A DNA stretch of 64,000 nucleotides from Candidatus Latescibacterota bacterium. Lineage in GTDB: Bacteria; Latescibacterota; UBA2968; GCA-2709665. Location of the stretch: positions 2,496,001 to 2,560,000 of the forward strand of contig OZ241917.1 in NCBI GenBank assembly GCA_965203805.1, given 5' to 3'. The position numbers and the translations under genes were made by a program. Of the stretch, positions 59,536-64,000 are shown piece by piece (within the stretch, counting starts at the first letter, position 1; every line of letters begins with the position of its first letter). The notes below the pieces were generated by a model that was given only the letters and a program-made list of their open reading frames with translations, searched no databases and had not been told where the DNA came from.

Positions 59536-59875
59536 ATCTCAATCCTTGATCGCTCTGCAACGGTCCGTAGTGTTCGTAGGGCGCCCCTTCAGGGTGCCCG
59601 TTCGGGTAGCGTGTCGATACGTAGTAGTTGTCGAGGGCCCGCCCTTGCTCGACAATCTGCTCCGGCGGCGCTTCAGGGAGTTCCGACAGGAGGCGGGCGA
59701 CAACGTGGCCCCATGCCTCCTGTCCCATTGAGAGATGGAGCGCTTTGACGGCTTTTTCAGCGGCCTGGTGAGCGGCGAAGCAGGCCCAGTCGTGACGGCC
59801 GTCATTGCGTGAAGCCGTTGCCTGTTCAAGATCGTGCTCCGCCTGGGCGAGCCAATCCCGCCATCGCTGCGCCAT
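59486..59875 (-). CDS. HEPN domain protein (toxin of a HEPN/MNT pair)
   Basis: WLAQAEHDL, ACFAAHQAAEKAVKA, WGH, YVSTRYPNGH. Confidence 0.9.
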   Translation of the reverse strand: MAQRWRDWLAQAEHDLEQATASRNDGRHDWACFAAHQAAEKAVKALHLSMGQEAWGHVVARLLSELPEAPPEQIVEQGRALDNYYVSTRYPNGHPEGAPYEHYGPLQSDQGLRYAGDILNFVRQALAGE

Positions 59876-60175
59876 CCTGCCTCTCCATCCCTGGTTGCAC
59901 ATTGTCCGGATGCGTCTGAATCCGGCGGCCCATGCCGCGCCGATTTCCGATCCTGCGATAGCCCCCTGGTGCATAAAAATGAAAATATCCCTAATCGAAG
60001 ACTTAAGCAAGGGGAAATGGTTACGCGGCCGCCGTCCGTCGGAAGATAAAGCATTGACGTCGGGTTTGCCGATATTTAACTTATCGACTACAATCAGGTA
60101 GCGCGCCACGCTCAGGGGATTCTGCGCGCCTCCGCCCTCGAAAGTGGAGAAATTGAACTCGGAAGGAGATTGTTT

Positions 60176-60406
60176 ATGAGATCATTCGAGAGGATCACCA
60201 TCGATCCAGCGGTCATGGGCGGAAAGGCATGCATTCGTGGTCTGCGCGTTACGGTTGGTACCGTCATCGGGCTTTTGGCAGCCGGACGCTCACGTGACGA
60301 AATCCTCAAAGCATATCCCTACCTTGAACGAGAGGATATCGACCAATCCCTGGCCTACGCCGCGTGGCGGCTCGAGGAGAGGGAGGTACCGCTCTCTACA
60401 TCATGA
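60176..60406 (+). CDS. DUF433 antitoxin
   Basis: RITIDPAVMGGKACIRGLRVTV...YPYLEREDI..LAYAA; AGGAG SD. Confidence 0.92.
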   Translation: MRSFERITIDPAVMGGKACIRGLRVTVGTVIGLLAAGRSRDEILKAYPYLEREDIDQSLAYAAWRLEEREVPLSTS

Positions 60407-60771
60407 GACCGTTGCTCCTACTTGACATGAACCTTTCGCCAGCGTGGGTGGAGGTGCTGAAAAAGCGCGGATGGCTTGCTGTCCACTGGAGTGCTGTAGG
60501 CGATCCACACGCGAGTGACCGGGAGATTATGGATTGGGCTGCGGAGCACGAATACGTCGTTTTTACCCACGATCTGGACTTCGGCACAATGCTTGCGTTG
60601 TCGCATGCAAACGGGCCCAGCGTGTTGCAAATCCGCGCCGAGGACATTTTGCCCGATCATCTGGAATCCTCAGTCATCGCTGCCCTGAACCAGCACGAAC
60701 GTGACCTGGCTTCGGGCGCTCTTGTGGTCGTCGACGAAAGCCGGAGTCGAGTCCGGGTGTTGCCAATTTGA
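60403..60771 (+). CDS. DUF5615 PIN-like toxin
   Basis: LLDMNLSP, DREIMDWA, THDLDFG, RVRVLPI; ATGA overlap with the DUF433 gene. Confidence 0.9.
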   Translation: MRPLLLLDMNLSPAWVEVLKKRGWLAVHWSAVGDPHASDREIMDWAAEHEYVVFTHDLDFGTMLALSHANGPSVLQIRAEDILPDHLESSVIAALNQHERDLASGALVVVDESRSRVRVLPI

Positions 60772-60968
60772 ATGTCGATCAGGGCATCGAACCAACTTGG
60801 GTGGTGGGCTCCAGGTTGAGTGAATCAGCCTGGACTACGTTGTAATTGTTATTTCGATGGCGAATACGAAAAGCCGAAACTTGCTTGCCTGAAAAGGTTC
60901 CTGTATCTTATGAATAAGCGGTAGTTTATCACTTTCCCCTCATTGGTTGAAAAACGTGGGAGAGGCGC

Positions 60969-61295
60969 ATGTCCGCCACAGTTTTTACTGTTTTGTGTGT
61001 TCAAAAATCTGGTTATTGGTTTGCTCAGTGTTTGGATCACAATATCGCAGCAGAAGGTTCAACCATTGAAGAAGCCAAACAAAACTGGGCTCAACTATTC
61101 GAGAGTCATTTGCGTGTTGCTGAGAAATTAAAAATAGAGCCGTTCACAAACATCGGGGAAGTGCCAGAAAGATATATTGAGTTGCATAGGGAAAAATGTG
61201 AAGTTGAAAAACAGGAACCTGTTCCCTTGCAAATGACTGTGAACGACCATAAGGATGTAATTTTAACTGATGCGGCACGAGCGGTATTTGTTTGA
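60969..61295 (+). CDS. HicB-like antitoxin
   Basis: WFAQCLDHNIAAEGSTIEEAKQN; GAGG SD. No intact HicA seen adjacent. Confidence 0.7.
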   Translation: MSATVFTVLCVQKSGYWFAQCLDHNIAAEGSTIEEAKQNWAQLFESHLRVAEKLKIEPFTNIGEVPERYIELHREKCEVEKQEPVPLQMTVNDHKDVILTDAARAVFV

Positions 61296-61521
61296 AAATA
61301 TAGAGCAGATTGAGCCGGTTTGTTTCGGTACTGTCAGACGAAAAACCTCGATGGACGTCTCATCGGGGTCTTTTCTTGTGCCGAACAGGATGCCGTAACC
61401 GTCGCAGAATGCTACACTCATTTGGACATCGTGAATCCCGGCGGCAGACCACGCGATTATCCTGCCGTTATTTCTTCCTTTTTCCTTCTTCCTTTTTCCT
61501 TCTGCCATCATACTTTTCCCT

Positions 61522-61941
61522 TTGCTCACGCTGGTGCATGAGCGGGCATTACTCGCCACGACCAACCAAGATACCGACCAAGTTACCGGACAAGATAAGT
61601 CATTGAAAAATAAGGGGATAGGTCAAGACACCCTACAAGACACCCAACAAGATACCCCACAAGATACCGACCAAGTCACTGACCAAGTCGAGCAACTGGT
61701 CGCTGTACTCACTGGAGAGATGAGCCGTGCCAGTATCCAGGCACGATTGGAACTCAAAGACCGACCCCATTTCATCGAGTCGTACCTGAAGCCTGCCCTG
61801 GAGGCCGGATTGATTGAAATGACGCTCCCGGACAAGCCAACGAGCCGCCACCAGCGCTACCGCCGCACTTCTAGAGGCGAGACATTCGTTGAACAGACCA
61901 AGGGAAAAACGAAGAATGAAGAATCGCGGGATGGAGAATAG
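61522..61941 (+). pseudogene. C-terminal fragment of a Fic-family protein (QDT repeat linker plus HTH)
   Basis: QDT/QVT repeats with 12-bp period, then MSRASIQARLELKDRPHF..YLKPALEAGLIEMTLPDKPTSRHQRY. No Fic catalytic motif upstream. Confidence 0.65.
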
Positions 61942-61999
61942 AGGTTATTTACATTGATCCTGCATTCTTCCTTCTTCCTTTTTTTCTTCGGAGAAGCTC

Positions 62000-62212
62000 G
62001 TGCCCAAAGTCAACACCAAGCGACAGATTACGTTACCGGCTGATCAGTGCCGTTTGGCCGGCATTGAGCCAGGCGACGAGTGCCTGAGTTTCGTGGATGA
62101 TGGCTGCATCACCATCGTCCGCCAACAGCCCGGCAGCGCCTGGGGATGCCTGGCGCATCTTGAAAGGGATCCGACGGTTTCAGACGTGGCGTCGCGCCAG
62201 GACGTCATTTAA
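62000..62212 (+). CDS. AbrB/MazE/SpoVT family antitoxin
   Basis: PKVNTKRQITLP....AGIEPGD; GTG start with GGAG SD. Confidence 0.85.
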   Translation: MPKVNTKRQITLPADQCRLAGIEPGDECLSFVDDGCITIVRQQPGSAWGCLAHLERDPTVSDVASRQDVI

Positions 62213-62232
62213 AGAGAGCGGGACCAAACGCC

Positions 62233-62358
62233 TTGATCGCACCCGCCACCCCTGTCCTGCAGCGCTATCTCTTGAGAGACGATGAAGCGCAGGTTGATGT
62301 CAATGATCGCCCATATGCGGCCACATTGCGGGATCGGCCTAATGCGGCCACCTGGTAA
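62233..62358 (+). pseudogene. Degenerate VapC/PIN toxin 5' remnant
   Basis: TTG-IAPATPVLQRYLLRDDEAQ resembles the VapC start IAxDTNVLxRYLLxDDxxQ but lacks the catalytic Asp. Similarity stops at the repeat beginning at 62298. Confidence 0.55.
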
Positions 62359-62371
62359 CAACTGGGCGTTC
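62298..62371. repeat. TGTYAATG-initiated repeat with tandem ATGCGGCCAC units (possible IS end remnant)
   Basis: Second copy at 63717-63813 has three units; both end in TGGTAACAAYTGGGCGTTCG. Confidence 0.6.
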
Positions 62372-62728
62372 GCTTTGGTGGTGGGCGTCTTCCAGCACGA
62401 CGACATCTGGTGACCCCACCTGGATGAATTAGTGGGAGGTTTTCGAATGTACGTATTTTGGCTTATATTTACATTAATGCTATATTTCCCGATTTTTGGT
62501 GAGCTCACAGCAAAGAAAAAGTCGCCTCCACCACCCGGTCTCTGGTCCCCCATCTCGACTGTTCCTCGGCTTCGGCCTACCGACCTCAGCATCGGCCCCA
62601 TAGGTTCCGCAGTCTCGATTCACCCAAAATCCGCAACTCCTGTAGAAACAAGAATATGAAGCTATCCGTACAAGGATAAGGGGTCAGGGATACGGGTGAT
62701 GGGCCTTTGTATCGGTCTATCAAATCGG

Positions 62729-62756
62729 TTGACATTTGGGATGTGGTCGTTATCTT
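62729..62756 (+). promoter_or_regulatory. Sigma70-type promoter of the downstream toxin-antitoxin pair
   Basis: TTGACA, 16 bp spacer, TATCTT; then AAGGA SD and ATG at 62779. Confidence 0.55.
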
Positions 62757-62778
62757 TGTATCAAGAAAGGATCTCTTT

Positions 62779-63228
62779 ATGCCTACGATAATTTCTCAAG
62801 CAGTGGCCTTTCAAGAGATATTTAACAAGATTGAATCGCCCTGCTTACGTATAAAACACACTCTTTCCGATAATTTTGAGACTGAGTTTAAAAAGGGCCT
62901 TGTCCAACGGACACAATGGCTCAATGAATGGATGAGTGCGTTTGAAATGACCAAGGGAGAAAACGTAGAGGCATTAAGAGACAGTAGTTTGTTGGAAACG
63001 ATTGAAGAGTGTGAAGAATTAACTAAACTCGCCGAACAGATATTTTTGTCTTTTTTGCAACAACACGATACCACTGATAATGAGTTTTTGAAAACACTCA
63101 GGACATTTATCGGACATTTGCAAGAACTTAGATGGGAAATACTAATTCAGCAAGGACGAGAGGACCAACCTGTGTCGGATAAAGTACATAAGACCGCAGA
63201 CTCATTTATGGAGTCTTTGAGAATTTGA
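62779..63228 (+). CDS. Hypothetical protein, putative antitoxin
   Basis: 149 aa, helical and acidic; ATGA-type overlap with the downstream RelE-like gene; tail HKTADSFMESL. Confidence 0.55.
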   Translation: MPTIISQAVAFQEIFNKIESPCLRIKHTLSDNFETEFKKGLVQRTQWLNEWMSAFEMTKGENVEALRDSSLLETIEECEELTKLAEQIFLSFLQQHDTTDNEFLKTLRTFIGHLQELRWEILIQQGREDQPVSDKVHKTADSFMESLRI

Positions 63229-63563
63229 AAATGAATAAACTTTATCAATTTACAGATCTGACATTCGAAGACTTTGGTAAGAATTTCAGAAAACAATTTG
63301 GTAAATTGCCCCAACGTGGACAAGAAGCTTTTGAAACTACGTTGGGGAAAATTTTGACTGGGACTCTTTCTGGCGGAAATCAACTTGAAACAATCGAAAG
63401 CATAGACAATTTGATACTATACAGTGTGAGATTGGACATTAGTCTAAGATTTTTATTTGAGGTCGATATTGCGACTAATTTGGCAAAACCCATCGCAGTT
63501 GGAACACATGACAAAGTGTATGAAAGAGCACTAAAAGCGTGGCGAGAACAGCATAAGCGTTAG
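63225..63563 (+). CDS. RelE/ParE superfamily toxin
   Basis: FRKQFGKLP, YSVRL...RFLF, AVGTHDKVY. Confidence 0.75.
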   Translation: MKMNKLYQFTDLTFEDFGKNFRKQFGKLPQRGQEAFETTLGKILTGTLSGGNQLETIESIDNLILYSVRLDISLRFLFEVDIATNLAKPIAVGTHDKVYERALKAWREQHKR

Positions 63564-63716
63564 TCACAATCGAAACTGGCAACCTATTAATTCACCTCTA
63601 TTTCAAGATTGGCATACGTATTACGGCCCGTGTAACTTAGTGTAATTTTGTTAGGGAAACATCTCCAGTTGTGGTGCCTGCTTGTATTCCTTCCTTCTGC
63701 ATTCTTCCTTCAGGTT

Positions 63717-63813
63717 TGTTAATGATCGACCATATGCGGCCACTGCGGGGTCGGCATAATCAGGCCACCTGAAGATCGGCCTAATGCGGCCACATGGTAA
63801 CAATTGGGCGTTC
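63717..63813. repeat. Second copy of the TGTYAATG/ATGCGGCCAC repeat
   Basis: Direct similarity to 62298-62371. Confidence 0.6.
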
Positions 63814-63919
63814 GGACGTCCCGTCAACGTTTCTACCAATCTGAACCCCCGCAGCAGGCCACGCGCATATCCTGCTTTTCCTTCTCCCTTCTGCATTCTT
63901 CCTTCTTCCTTTCTCATCC

Positions 63920-63990
63920 TGGGGATGCCTGGCGGGCCTTGAAGGGGATCCGACGGTTTCAGACGAGGCGTCGCGCCAGGACGCCATTGC
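63920..63990 (+). pseudogene. Duplicate 3' fragment of the AbrB antitoxin gene
   Basis: CTGGGGATGCCTGGCG...GATCCGACGGTTTCAGACG..GCGTCGCGCCAGGACG closely matches 62140-62209. Confidence 0.65.
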
Positions 63991-64000
63991 AAGAAAGCAG

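Noticed and set aside
60800-60850. CCAGGTTGA...CAGCCTGGACTACGTT resembles the 5' part of HEARO/IscB omega RNAs
   Set aside because: No downstream omega-RNA stems or IscB/HNH ORF. It reads better as a GTAG-type REP hairpin on the minus strand.
61296-61520. Short ORFs after the HicB-like gene as a HicA toxin
   Set aside because: No HicA-like GSH motif or credible start; the region runs into TTCTTCC heptad repeats.
61560-61690. CAAGAYACC 12-bp periodic repeats as a possible CRISPR or tandem array
   Set aside because: They encode an in-frame QDT/QVT linker typical of Fic-associated proteins, with no spacer structure.
62298-63813. TAAC...GTTCG segments as integron attC sites
   Set aside because: The RYYYAAC/GTTRRRY boxes and long imperfect palindrome are not convincingly present, and no integrase is in the window.

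Overview
GC-rich bacterial DNA. The gene content (PorV/PorQ-family barrel, GWxTD protein, TonB-dependent receptor, dockerin/EF-hand tails, DUF6785-type membrane proteins, many Gfo/Idh/MocA and homocysteine S-methyltransferase paralogues) suggests an FCB-group organism such as Candidatus Latescibacterota (inference). Almost all genes are on the minus strand. Layout: (1) 1-9.3 kb, sugar-modification/uptake genes. (2) ~9.5-19.5 kb, a visibly lower-GC two-gene island: a 1779-aa DEAH/DUF1998 helicase plus a 1490-aa partner with a sigma-70 region-4 HTH and a DruH-like C-terminus, i.e. a candidate Druantia-like defence system. (3) 19.5-25.6 kb, a methyltransferase pair (one copy lacks its Zn ligands) and a second Gfo/DUF6785 module. 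(4) 25.6-37.5 kb, a TonB-receptor / T9SS-type cargo / PorV / GWxTD / TonB surface locus. (5) 37.8-57.7 kb, a TPR gene, an Opp/Dpp ABC operon split by an opposite-strand lyase-like gene, peptidase/transglutaminase genes and a second methyltransferase pair. (6) 58.5-64 kb, a cluster of intact and decayed toxin-antitoxin modules. Intergenic DNA carries several REP-like families and a 30-36 bp CCTGYCTG...CAGRCAGG hairpin element that is presence/absence-polymorphic between repeat copies and nests up to three deep. No rRNA, tRNA or CRISPR array was seen. All family assignments come from motif recognition by eye, not from database searches.
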